A stretch of DNA of 55,898 bases, taken from contig JAFUPM010000038.1 of NCBI GenBank assembly GCA_017481225.1, forward strand, positions 1-55,898. Direction: 5' to 3'. Positions 8,913 to 18,278 of this stretch are shown piece by piece. Each line of letters starts with the position of its first letter. The stretch's first letter is position 1. The notes beneath the pieces were generated by a model, which did not search any database, had not been told where the DNA came from, and saw nothing but the letters and a program-made list of their open reading frames with translations. Made by a program: the position numbers and the translations under genes. This DNA is from Clostridia bacterium. Lineage in GTDB: Bacteria; Bacillota; Clostridia; Oscillospirales; CAG-272.

Positions 8913-11300
8913 TTACTTTTCGGCCCAGAATTGGTCGAGAATTTCGCGCAAGCGTTTCGGGTCGCCGATAAATTTAACACCCTTCCATAGGGCGGGGAGA
9001 GATTTTTTATAAATGGGGTCGTCAAATCTATCGTCTATAAGGACAATGACGCCTCTGTCGTCCTCGCGGCGAATTACTCTGCCTGCCGCCTGGAAAACTC
9101 GGTTCATTCCCGGGTAAATGTAGGCGTATTGCTTGCCCATCTCGTACTTTTCGTCGTAGTATTCTGCCACCGCCTCGCGCTCGTAGGAAAGCTGTGGCAT
9201 ACCGATACCGACCACAACTGCGCCGATAAGGCTGTCTCCTGCCAGGTCAACGCCCTCGGAGTAGATACCGCCCATAACGCAGAAGGCTATAAGGTAAGAG
9301 TTCTCCTCGCGCTTGAAATTCTCTAGAAATTCCCTCTTTTCGCGAAGGGACATATCCTTGCTTTGAGATATGATTTTGATTTTCGGGTACTTTGCGGCGA
9401 ATGCCTTGGAGAGCGCCTCGGAGTATGCGAAGGAGGGCGAGAATATCATATAATGCCCCCTCTTTGCGGATACGGTTGCAGCGATAACCCTACAAACGGC
9501 ACCGAGAGTGTCCTCTCTTTCGGAGAAGCGAGTGCTTACCTTGTCCATTATGGTGACCGAAAGCTGGGAGGGGTCGAAGGGAGAGGAGACCTCGAGGGTG
9601 TCGTCTGACCTTTCGCCGCCAAGCACCGCCCTGTAGTAATCGAGGGGTGAGAGGGTCGCGGAGAAGAGTACCGAGCCGTGGCATTTTTTGAGTCTCTCCC
9701 TTATATTAGGAGCTGTATCCAGGCAGTATAATTTAACACGGATAGCCCCTTTTTCGTAAAATGTAAACAATTTATAACATTCGTCAAACCTTGCGGCAAC
9801 GTCTCTGAACCGCTTCACCGTATAGAGATAAGAGCGTATTTCGTGAGCGCGAGCCTCGGACTCCGAGTCCTTTGCCGACAGGGCTCTGAATAGCTCGCTC
9901 TCTGTCGCCGCGCATAGCTCGTCAAATAGGGAATAGAGTCTCTCGGGTATTTCGGAGAGATTTGCCCAACCTACAAGCTCTCCGTCACGGCCTTCACGCA
10001 GCTCGTCCTTGAGATAAAGCATCATAGTATCGTGGAAAACGCGACACGCCTCCCCACAAATCGCGCGAAGCGAGGAATGCTCCCCGAGAATTTCGCTCTC
10101 GGTAGGTGCCAGAATTGCCGCCTCGTCTATCTCGGCTGAGTATATCTCGCGCGACCTTTCCACAAGGTTGTGCGCCTCGTCTACCAGCAGGGCGTATCTG
10201 CCGCCCTCTGTGAAAAATCTTCTGATATATGCTCTCGGGTCAAACAGGTGGTTGAAGTCGCAGCACACAACGTCGCACAGCTCCGCGTATGATAGCATCA
10301 GCTCATAGGGGCAAATTGCCCATTTTTGCGACACGTCCGCCACCTCGGAAAGAGTGATTACGGGCTTTTGAAGCTTGTATAAATCTAAGGTTGCATCGGC
10401 GAGATTATTACATTCCGCCCGTCTGCAGAGCCGCTTTGACCTGCGGCAGAGGTGATTTTCCGTACACGCCCTGTCCTTTGCCGTCATAATTATGGCGCGA
10501 ATTACAGCGCCTCTTTCGCACATAAGGTTGACGCAGTCCTTCACCGCCTCGGAGGTGGTTGACTTCGGGGTGAGGTAGAACACCTTGTCGCATCTTCCGT
10601 CACCGAGAGTGCGCAGGGCGGGGTAGAGGGCGGAGACGGTTTTTCCCGTACCTGTGGGTGCTGACGCGTACAGCACACCGCCCCTGGATATGGTTCTGTA
10701 GGCGGCTCTTACAAACTCGCCCTGACCCTCTCTTACGTTGTCGTAAGGGAAGCGCATACCCAAGAGAGTGGGGAGTCGCCTTGTTACTCTGTCAATTTCG
10801 GGAGCTGCATATTTTTCCACAACCGAGATGCATTTCTCAAAGAATTTTTCAAGCTTCTCCCGAGGCTGCCTTTCCTCTGTGACGTTATATTCTCCGGTGA
10901 GCGAATTAATATAAACCAGCCTTATGCCCACCGTCTTATATCCGTTTATGCTTGCGAGGGCGTGAGCCAGCACGAATGCTTCGCCACGAACCTCCGAAAT
11001 CTCCTCGCGCCTCGGCTTGTTCAGTGAGGAGGTAATCTCCCGCGCCACGGTGATAACGTCGCCGGATATATCCTCGGCACAGCCCGAAAGCTCAAAGCTA
11101 TGTTCTCCTGCCTCGAAGCTGTAATAGAGCTTCTCCGACCTTACCTCTCCCAAAATTGCGCGAAGCCTGCGGGAGGTGACCTCGAGGAGATTAGGCTCCT
11201 CCTCGTCGAATGGCAGAGTCGGGGATATGCCGCGCCTTGCGATGCTCACAAGCTCGCCGAGAGTTATTCTTATAATATTTCTTTCCTTATCAAACAGCAT
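8913..11300 (-). CDS. DinG/Rad3 (XPD)-family ATP-dependent DNA helicase with Fe-S cysteines
   Basis: Walker A APTGTGKT, DEAH, SATL, SEGVD, QAAGRVIR, Cys cluster with CPYE; start at ATG 11300 after a GGAGGTG RBS. Confidence 0.9.
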   Translation of the reverse strand: MLFDKERNIIRITLGELVSIARRGISPTLPFDEEEPNLLEVTSRRLRAILGEVRSEKLYYSFEAGEHSFELSGCAEDISGDVITVAREITSSLNKPRREEISEVRGEAFVLAHALASINGYKTVGIRLVYINSLTGEYNVTEERQPREKLEKFFEKCISVVEKYAAPEIDRVTRRLPTLLGMRFPYDNVREGQGEFVRAAYRTISRGGVLYASAPTGTGKTVSALYPALRTLGDGRCDKVFYLTPKSTTSEAVKDCVNLMCERGAVIRAIIMTAKDRACTENHLCRRSKRLCRRAECNNLADATLDLYKLQKPVITLSEVADVSQKWAICPYELMLSYAELCDVVCCDFNHLFDPRAYIRRFFTEGGRYALLVDEAHNLVERSREIYSAEIDEAAILAPTESEILGEHSSLRAICGEACRVFHDTMMLYLKDELREGRDGELVGWANLSEIPERLYSLFDELCAATESELFRALSAKDSESEARAHEIRSYLYTVKRFRDVAARFDECYKLFTFYEKGAIRVKLYCLDTAPNIRERLKKCHGSVLFSATLSPLDYYRAVLGGERSDDTLEVSSPFDPSQLSVTIMDKVSTRFSEREDTLGAVCRVIAATVSAKRGHYMIFSPSFAYSEALSKAFAAKYPKIKIISQSKDMSLREKREFLENFKREENSYLIAFCVMGGIYSEGVDLAGDSLIGAVVVGIGMPQLSYEREAVAEYYDEKYEMGKQYAYIYPGMNRVFQAAGRVIRREDDRGVIVLIDDRFDDPIYKKSLPALWKGVKFIGDPKRLREILDQFWAEK

Positions 11301-11386
11301 AAGACACCTCCCGTAGCGCAACCACACCTTTGTATGAGCGAATTTTGCTGCCTTGCGGCAAGCTTTTTCACGAATTATTTTAACAT

Positions 11387-11424
11387 AAAAAACAGGCAAA
11401 GTCAATAGCTCTGACTTTGCCTGT
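11387..11424 (-). terminator. Intrinsic terminator closing the phage-like operon
   Basis: 13-bp stem ACAGGCAAAGTCA/TGACTTTGCCTGT followed by a U run on the minus strand. Confidence 0.8.
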
Positions 11425-11444
11425 CCGCGCTTTACCGCGTGGCT

Positions 11445-11815
11445 TTATAAGTTAGCTCACATCCGTAGCTGAAATATAAGGCTTTGGCGCGGTTGGACTA
11501 GCTATTCTCCTCTGCGCGAGCCTCGGTGCGTGTAGCACTGAACCAGCTAATTTCTCCCTTGTGAGTCTCGGGACGTGTCGCGTTTTGAACTAATTAGGCG
11601 CTCATTCCGAGGCTCGTTGTGCATAACGTTATAAGCTATCTCACATCCGTAGCTGAAATATAGGGCTTTGGCGCGGTTGGACTAGCAAATCTCCTCTGCG
11701 CGAGCCTCGGTGCGTGTAGCGTTAAACTAGCTAATTTCTCCTACGCAAGCCTCGGTGCGTGTAGCACTGAACTAGCTAATTTCTCCTACGCAAGTCTCGG
11801 GACGTGTCGCGTTTT
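11445..11815. repeat. Degenerate tandem array of ~45-47 bp units with a higher-order 184-bp duplication
   Basis: Units like ACTAGCTAATTTCTCCTACGCAAGCCTCGGTGCGTGTAGCACTGA; 11445-11557 resembles 11629-11741; the last unit holds the stop codon of ORF 11772-12644. Confidence 0.85.
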
Positions 11816-12644
11816 CGGCATTTACGGTATCAATAAAGCCCTCGAGGAGCCTTGTTTTCGTCTCGAGCCAGCTAAGCCCTGCGCCCAAGGCGAAGGCGTA
11901 GCCCGAGCTGTAGCCCTTGAAGCCCACTATTGGGAGGGCAGAAAGCTTTAGTATGCCTTCGATAATCACCGAGGGGGTGAGGTCGGGCTTGGCTGTAAGA
12001 ATTACCGAAGCGGTGAAAAACATACACACGGTAGAGGGCAAAAGCTTAAGAAGTGACCCTACGCGCCTTGCGACGTTTGGATTTACAAGCTCTCGTGCAT
12101 CTGCGCCGTATCTTGAGAGAAGGGAGGTGGGAGTTATGCCGACGGGCTTCATTCTGTCCATTCGACGGAATGCCTTCGCCTCACTGGCTGTTACCCTTTC
12201 TCCCGCCTTGTATTTTTCGTAGGAAATAGCAGAGCAGCCCTCGCGACACAGATAGCTTCTGCGCCTGTAGCTTAGCTCTCTTTCAGAGTAGCTTGCAAGG
12301 TACTCGCGCAGCTTGTCTATATGTTCGGGCTGAATTTTGCGTCTCGCTTCCAGGTAACGGGCACTTGCCTCGCGATACTCCTCACTCTCCTCTCCTAACC
12401 TTTCACTTGCGTCCTCGAGGGAAAAGTAAATAAGGTAAGATGCAATAAGCATCACGAGAAGAGTAGTTGTAAATTCGGCAGTACCAAAGCCCGTTAAGGC
12501 AACGTCGGTAAAGGTAACGAGCGCTGCAACCAGAGCCGTTATTAAAGCTATAATCTTGCCGGAATTGGCGGCGATATAAGCATAGCCGCGTCGCAACAGT
12601 GAGCCGCCCTCCAAGAGGTCTCTATCAAAGCTATGCTCTTTCAT
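11772..12644 (-). CDS. Hypothetical membrane protein (2 TM, soluble region, 2 TM); last gene of the phage-like operon
   Basis: Hydrophobic pairs near both ends; ATG at 12644 overlaps the upstream TGA (ATGA). Confidence 0.75.
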   Translation of the reverse strand: MKEHSFDRDLLEGGSLLRRGYAYIAANSGKIIALITALVAALVTFTDVALTGFGTAEFTTTLLVMLIASYLIYFSLEDASERLGEESEEYREASARYLEARRKIQPEHIDKLREYLASYSERELSYRRRSYLCREGCSAISYEKYKAGERVTASEAKAFRRMDRMKPVGITPTSLLSRYGADARELVNPNVARRVGSLLKLLPSTVCMFFTASVILTAKPDLTPSVIIEGILKLSALPIVGFKGYSSGYAFALGAGLSWLETKTRLLEGFIDTVNAENATRPETCVGEIS

Positions 12645-13003
12645 TTCCTTCTGCCCCCTTTTGCAATGCGGAAGCATACGGCGCCGAGAATATTGCCCAC
12701 AAAGCCCATAAAGGATATGACCGTCATCTCCTCGGCAATCCGCGAGAGCGAGAAGAAAATAACAAATATGATAAGCCATACCGTATAGGAGGCGGCAGAG
12801 CGAAGTATTCTCCCAATATGCTTATACAGAGGAAGCATACAGAGAGCTAAAAGCAGAGCCGTACCGCCTGCCAGGGCGTGCTGTCCTCCCCGTTCAATCC
12901 ATAACGGAAAATAATTAAGTGTCGCAAGCAGCGGAGGAAGAATACAGAGCGAAAAACCGAGAATATGTAAAAGATACTTTACAAAATCGGGCTTTTTACT
13001 CAT
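12641..13003 (-). CDS. Small ~4-TM membrane protein, possibly holin-like
   Basis: 120 aa, four hydrophobic segments, basic C-terminus; overlaps both neighbours. Confidence 0.7.
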   Translation of the reverse strand: MSKKPDFVKYLLHILGFSLCILPPLLATLNYFPLWIERGGQHALAGGTALLLALCMLPLYKHIGRILRSAASYTVWLIIFVIFFSLSRIAEEMTVISFMGFVGNILGAVCFRIAKGGRRK

Positions 13004-13916
13004 CGCGAGCCAGCTCCTCTCTCATCTTAACAACTCGCGCACCAACCGCCTCCTTTTGATATTGAGGAAGCGATGACGACATAAAGATATCGTAGAGAAG
13101 GTCGATTTGAGATGCCATAATAATCTTGAATTTTTCGCGCTCGGACGAGTCGTTTTGAAGCCCTGAGAGCCTCTCTTCAATAGAGGTGAGGCTGCTTTTG
13201 TAGCCTTCAATGCTCTCGTCAAAGAGACTGAGCTTCTGAGCGATTTCCTTGTAGCCCTCGCCCATACCCACCTTAGTTTCGTCGGCGGACTTTTTTACCT
13301 TGTCCAAAGCACCCTCAATACCCGTTACGGCGCGTGTGAGGGCGGGGAGGAGCCCCTTTTTGTAGGCTATTGCAATAAGTAAGCTGGAGATAAACGCAAG
13401 GGTTGAAAAAATATCCCCGGCATTTTTCATTATTTCGCCGTAGATGATGGAGAATACATTTTTGTCATCTTCGTTTGAAGTGTCTGCACCTTCGGCTGAG
13501 GCTGCATCTTCGTCTGTAGGGGTGTCTTCTTTGTCAGAGTTTGTCTGTGTGTCTACAGTGCCGCTTTCGGTGCCGCTATCCTCATTTGAGGCAGGGCTAT
13601 CATTGCTTTCCGTTTCTGCTATGGCAACGTTATCGTTGCTCTCGGCTTCGGCTGCGGTCTCACCGTAGCTTTCAGCAGCGTTCTCGACGCCGTTATAGGC
13701 GGAGCCAACTACGGGTGTTTCCGCCACGGTAAGACTTCCGTTGCTTTCCGTTTCTGCTATGGCAACGTTATCGTTGCTCTCGGCTTCGGCTGCGGTCTCA
13801 CCGTAGCTTTTGGCTGTATTAGCTGCGAGGGCTGTTACGGGGAGCGCGGCAAAAAGCAGAGCAGAGAGCATTGCAATTGCGGTTGACTTTGCTAAAAATT
13901 TAAATTTCCTTTTCAT
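12996..13916 (-). CDS. Signal-peptide protein with acidic repeat ectodomain, one TM and a coiled-coil tail
   Basis: Sec-type signal MKRKFKFLAK...VTALAA, duplicated SYGETAAEAESNDNVAIAETESN, TM IFSTLAFISSLLIAIAY; AAGGA RBS. Confidence 0.8.
   Translation of the reverse strand: MKRKFKFLAKSTAIAMLSALLFAALPVTALAANTAKSYGETAAEAESNDNVAIAETESNGSLTVAETPVVGSAYNGVENAAESYGETAAEAESNDNVAIAETESNDSPASNEDSGTESGTVDTQTNSDKEDTPTDEDAASAEGADTSNEDDKNVFSIIYGEIMKNAGDIFSTLAFISSLLIAIAYKKGLLPALTRAVTGIEGALDKVKKSADETKVGMGEGYKEIAQKLSLFDESIEGYKSSLTSIEERLSGLQNDSSEREKFKIIMASQIDLLYDIFMSSSLPQYQKEAVGARVVKMREELARDE
13603..13810. repeat. Perfect 70-bp intragenic direct repeat (13603-13672 and 13741-13810)
   Basis: Identical copies spaced 138 bp apart, in frame. 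Confidence 0.92.
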
Positions 13917-13935
13917 TAATTTCCTTTCCCGTATA

Positions 13936-14331
13936 TCAGAACAGAGGCGTTCCGTATACGCTTTTTGATATTTTAGCTATCTCCCCCTCAAGCTCCGCAA
14001 CTCTCCGAGAAAGCTGCCTTTCGCGAAGGGATATCCTGCGGATAAAATCGGAGTCGGGAGATGCAGGCTCGAGTATACGTGAGCTTTTGATAAGCTTCGG
14101 CAGCTCGCGGCGGCAGTCCTTTAAAATGAGAATAGGCGTAAGCTCGCCGTCGTCGATAAGTCTGAGGTCGATTTTTGCGACACCCTCCTTGAGGCGCACC
14201 GTTACGTCACCTAAGGTTATGAAGCCGTCGCAGGGCTCAAGGAAGGATATTTCCGCCTCGTGTCCTGTGCCGCTTTTGTAATCAATAAGCTCTGCCTCTC
14301 CCTCGAAAAAGCCTATAACAATTTTAATCAT
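13936..14331 (-). CDS. Hypothetical protein with C-terminal coiled coil (phage-like operon)
   Basis: 131-aa ORF, TAATG-coupled to the upstream gene, GGAGG RBS. Confidence 0.75.
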   Translation of the reverse strand: MIKIVIGFFEGEAELIDYKSGTGHEAEISFLEPCDGFITLGDVTVRLKEGVAKIDLRLIDDGELTPILILKDCRRELPKLIKSSRILEPASPDSDFIRRISLRERQLSRRVAELEGEIAKISKSVYGTPLF

Positions 14332-14696
14332 TACAGCACCTCCTCGAGCTTTGTAAGTCTTGCTTCAAGATTTGCAAGAGCTGTGGCAAGAGAGGAATTT
14401 CCGACGGAAATAAGGCTTGCAAGATTGCCGTTTCCTATTGCCTCTATCAACTCGCTGAGCTTCATACCGTCGCCTACCGCCACCTCCATAGCCTCAAGCA
14501 CACAGCCCGTGGTGATGTCGTCTATAAGGCTGTTAAATCTTTCGGCTATCAGAAGCGGCAGCTTATCGAACGCCGCCTTCATCTGCGCCGGAGTGTAGCC
14601 CTTGCCGCCCATAGATGCGGGAGCAGTGGGTCTTGTGGGAAGAGAGGAAACCCTTAAGGGGGTTACCTCGCTTGATAGTAATTTGTGAGTTTTCAT
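14331..14696 (-). CDS. Hypothetical protein resembling the N-terminal attachment region of tail-fibre proteins
   Basis: Follows the nozzle-like gene; VSSLPTRPT...TPAQMKAAFD recalls fibre N-termini of Firmicute prophages (from memory, not searched). Confidence 0.5.
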   Translation of the reverse strand: MKTHKLLSSEVTPLRVSSLPTRPTAPASMGGKGYTPAQMKAAFDKLPLLIAERFNSLIDDITTGCVLEAMEVAVGDGMKLSELIEAIGNGNLASLISVGNSSLATALANLEARLTKLEEVL

Positions 14697-14720
14697 TTTA
14701 ACCTTTCTCGCCCTTTGGCG

Positions 14721-17396
14721 TTAAGTTGTGGTTTTCTTTAGTTTCCCTTTGATTTTGTACCTGTAGTAGATGGAATATACACCGAAGGGAGAACAAAATT
14801 CCTCTGTGTAAAGAGCAATTTGCTTTTCGTTCCACCCTTGACTTCTGTCATCAACACGGATAGCCGAAGCGCCTCCCGTCATAGCCGACATCTGCTCAAA
14901 GCCCATACTGCTGAAGGTCAGGTCGGAGGCGGGGGAAAGACCGTAGGTGACCTTGCCCTTATCGGTGCAAATATCGCAATACAGCCGACCCGTGTCGAAG
15001 TTTTTAAGCTTCAGAACGAGAGATGAGGGAACCGTTCGCTTCTCAAGATACCCGACGTCGCAGTCGTCCATAGCGGTTACGGCGGCATATTTTACCGCCC
15101 TTCCAGCAAAGGAATAGAAGCTCGGGTGAATTCGGTTGCCCATATACGAAGAGTATTCAGCCTCGTCAAAGCTCGCAGAGCCCTTGACACTCGGTGGCGC
15201 GACACCTCGCTTGTCGTTGTTGAAAACGCAAATGTCGCCGCACTCGGTACCGAAATAGAGGTGTATGCCGTCTCCGAGAGCCACCGTAGCCGGGGAAAAT
15301 TCTCCTCCCGAAAGCTCCTCGGTGGGGTGAACCAGGTACTTCGTTTCACCTACTAAGGTGTAGTAGGTAATGTTAGGACTGTGTATCAGCGAGGTGTATA
15401 CAGTTCCGATTGCAACCTCACCGGGATTATCCGCTACGGCAAAGCCCTCGAGAATTTCGTCGGAATATCTATACACCCTTCGTGCCTTCAGGTAGGTTCC
15501 GACACCCGAAACGTAGTACCAATCAAGGTCCGCGGTGCCTCCCGTAAGTCTGTCCTGTGCATTTCCAAGATACATTTTACCGCCGATAAGCACCGCAAGA
15601 TAGCTCTGCCATCGGGTGATAGACGCACTCTCCATATCCTCGTTAAGTAAAAGAGGAGATATATTACCCGAAATGCACCTCAGGTCTCTGTAATCGGAGG
15701 AGGAGCGCTTGAGCGTGGAGATGCCGACGGGGGAGATAAATACCGCGCCGCCGAGAAATCTGTAAGCCTCTCCAAGGACGGGAGTTTTGCTGTGGGAGAA
15801 GCTTTGAGGATAGCTTCTTTCCGTGCCTAAGCCCGAGGGCGTGTGGTAAATAATGCTTCCCGAGCCGTCGTCGTCGCTTTTGAATACTACCAAATCTCCG
15901 TCGTCCACAAGCAGGGATGTGACCTTCGAGCTTCCCTGACCGTCAATGAAATATGACTCTCTACCAAAGTACAGGGGCTGGGGCTTGCCCTCGCTGTCGA
16001 GGCTGCTGTAGAATACAGCACCCCCAAGGCTCGGATTGCCCGAGAGAAATATTCTTCCGTCATATACCGCGCACACGGTGGAGCCGAGTATTGCCGCCTG
16101 CCCGTTGCAGGACGGCGAAGCATTGCCGAAAAGCATTTTGCCAACGTCAATATCAGAAGCATTTCCGTATACGGTAACGACCCTTCCGTCTATTTCGAAG
16201 CGGTCTGCGAAGGTAAGCACAACCTCGCGCGTTGCGGGCTTGAAGGTGAAGGGAACGTTACTTCCGCCAAGGCTTACGCGATATACACCCTTCGCGTCCG
16301 TATGAAGAGGAATAGAAACAGCTACCTCTCTATCCTCCTCCACGTAAAGCACCTCGCGCTCTCCTACGGCGTCAATTCCTTCTATGACGGCATAGTCAAC
16401 AGCGCTACCCGTGTAGCGAATTTCACTCAGAGCATCGCAGCCATAGAACACGTTCGTCCCAAGACTTGAGACCCCAATACCGAGCTGAAAGTATTGGAGA
16501 GACTCGCAGCCCGAGAATACGAATTTGCCTATTTCCGACACCGTGGAGCTGAGGATTACCTTGGTGAGATTTTTGTCTCCCATAAAAGCGTATTTGCCTA
16601 TTTTTACAAGGCCTTTGTTGGTAATAAGCTCCGTTATAGTGAGGTTGTCGCGCAGGGCGGAGGGAGCTATCTCGGTTACGGTATAGCTTCTGCCACCTAT
16701 AGTAGCCCTTGCAGGTATGTAAAGGGGACCCTCGTCCCTTTGCCCGACACCCGTTACGGCGCAGGTCATTTTCTCGCTATCGGTTATTGAATACACAAGC
16801 TCGGGTGAGCCGAATGAAAACTCGGTTGAGGAGCTTACGGTTGTCACCTCGGTAAACCTTGGAGTCAGAAGATTGAGCTGCTCCAGCCGTCTGCCCTCCT
16901 TGTAGGTCGTGGGAATATAGTAGGGCGTGAGGTCCGACTCTGTTGCCTCGGTGACGTTGCCATCACCGTCAATAAGAAGAATTTTCTCACCGTCTATAAC
17001 GTAGAGAAGCCTGCCGAAGGTGAAGGCGCGGCTCTTTTCGTTTCTGAGGGTTGCAATAGGCTCGGGTGACAAGCCTCCGGCTAACAGCTTCTCCTCTTTA
17101 AATCGGTAGAGCTTAGTACCCGAGTGAACGAGAATATACTTTTCTCCGCTGAGGAGAGTTTGAGTGAAAATGGAGTTTATTCTCTCTCCGAGGGAATAGA
17201 GAATTCTAAAGCCCGGAATACTCTCTAAGGCTCCGTCACCCGACATAGGGTCAACGTACATATTCTCGGTATAGAGATATTTTTCCGAAGGCTTGCAGTC
17301 GGCAACAGAGGAGCAGATGCCGCCCATTTTTTCGTAGCTGCGAGTGTATTCCGCATCGGATTTGATTATATTTCTGTGAGTAGCCATTACGCCCAC
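14721..17396 (-). CDS. Putative short-tail nozzle / head-closure protein with an inserted BspA-type LRR domain
   Basis: 891 aa, beta-rich, placed after the adaptor as in podovirus gene order; LRR_5 repeats KIGKYAFMG, EIGKFVFSGCESL, SLGTNVFYGCDAL. Confidence 0.65.
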   Translation of the reverse strand: MGVMATHRNIIKSDAEYTRSYEKMGGICSSVADCKPSEKYLYTENMYVDPMSGDGALESIPGFRILYSLGERINSIFTQTLLSGEKYILVHSGTKLYRFKEEKLLAGGLSPEPIATLRNEKSRAFTFGRLLYVIDGEKILLIDGDGNVTEATESDLTPYYIPTTYKEGRRLEQLNLLTPRFTEVTTVSSSTEFSFGSPELVYSITDSEKMTCAVTGVGQRDEGPLYIPARATIGGRSYTVTEIAPSALRDNLTITELITNKGLVKIGKYAFMGDKNLTKVILSSTVSEIGKFVFSGCESLQYFQLGIGVSSLGTNVFYGCDALSEIRYTGSAVDYAVIEGIDAVGEREVLYVEEDREVAVSIPLHTDAKGVYRVSLGGSNVPFTFKPATREVVLTFADRFEIDGRVVTVYGNASDIDVGKMLFGNASPSCNGQAAILGSTVCAVYDGRIFLSGNPSLGGAVFYSSLDSEGKPQPLYFGRESYFIDGQGSSKVTSLLVDDGDLVVFKSDDDGSGSIIYHTPSGLGTERSYPQSFSHSKTPVLGEAYRFLGGAVFISPVGISTLKRSSSDYRDLRCISGNISPLLLNEDMESASITRWQSYLAVLIGGKMYLGNAQDRLTGGTADLDWYYVSGVGTYLKARRVYRYSDEILEGFAVADNPGEVAIGTVYTSLIHSPNITYYTLVGETKYLVHPTEELSGGEFSPATVALGDGIHLYFGTECGDICVFNNDKRGVAPPSVKGSASFDEAEYSSYMGNRIHPSFYSFAGRAVKYAAVTAMDDCDVGYLEKRTVPSSLVLKLKNFDTGRLYCDICTDKGKVTYGLSPASDLTFSSMGFEQMSAMTGGASAIRVDDRSQGWNEKQIALYTEEFCSPFGVYSIYYRYKIKGKLKKTTT

Positions 17397-18226
17397 CCGT
17401 CAGTATCCCGATACGATGTGTCGGGAACACTTACCCTGCTTTTCTTTTCCTCCTCTGCGGCTTCTCTGTACCGCTTTCCGTAAAGCTCCGCAAGCTCGGG
17501 ATAGGAGTCTACGTAAACGTAGGACGCCACCAGCAGCGCGAGTAGATGCTCGCAGCCCGTGGGGAGGTCGATTTGCGCATCGGGAGCCTCCGCGAAGCTT
17601 CTTTTCGGGGTCCTCTTATAGACTATGTAAACGTCCTCTTTTAAGTCCGCGGGAATAGAAATGCGCTCACCGTCAAGCGTTACCTCGGGCAGTCGCTTGC
17701 CGCGTGAGTCCGTGGGGTAACTAACGAAGGAGTGAAAATCTCCCACAAGCTCCGTCATATCAAGAAGCCTCTTGCTGCCACCGTCGGGTATATCCTCGAC
17801 GTTGTCGCTGAAGCGGGAGCCGAAGCACACAAGGTCGGTGACGGTGAAGGCGAACTGCCCCTCGAAAATTATGCTGCCGCCCGAGGAAAGGAAGCCCTTA
17901 TGCCTTTCTCTTGCCGCATTAAACGAGCGTGTAAATTTGTTGTCTCCGTCAACTACGGTATACCTGCCCTCGCCCGATACGAAGAAGCTGTAGCATACAC
18001 CCGAAAGGGGAAAGATTGCTCTCTCCCCAGAAGGATGCCGATAAATCGGAATACGGCCAAGGGGCTTTGTGACGCGGCTCGGAATGACCAGCGTTCCAAC
18101 CACGCGCCTCTCTGAGAAAAGCTGTCTTTTGCTTCTTTCAAGGGCACAGAGAAACGCCTCGTCACACTCAAGCGCACCGTCGTAGCCAAGGGCAGAAACT
18201 TCACTTAAAAGTTCTTTGACAGTCAT
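17387..18226 (-). CDS. Putative head-tail adaptor protein
   Basis: Follows the capsid gene; MTVKELL N-terminal helix and IDLP..CEHLLALLVAS C-terminal helix typical of adaptors. Confidence 0.6.
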   Translation of the reverse strand: MTVKELLSEVSALGYDGALECDEAFLCALERSKRQLFSERRVVGTLVIPSRVTKPLGRIPIYRHPSGERAIFPLSGVCYSFFVSGEGRYTVVDGDNKFTRSFNAARERHKGFLSSGGSIIFEGQFAFTVTDLVCFGSRFSDNVEDIPDGGSKRLLDMTELVGDFHSFVSYPTDSRGKRLPEVTLDGERISIPADLKEDVYIVYKRTPKRSFAEAPDAQIDLPTGCEHLLALLVASYVYVDSYPELAELYGKRYREAAEEEKKSRVSVPDTSYRDTDGWA

Positions 18227-18278
18227 TGGTGATTACCTGTCCTTTCTATGTAAAATAGCCGTTTTTGACAACTATTAT

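Noticed and set aside
11445-11815. Possible CRISPR array
   Set aside because: The units are contiguous degenerate tandem repeats without unique spacers, and there are no cas genes.
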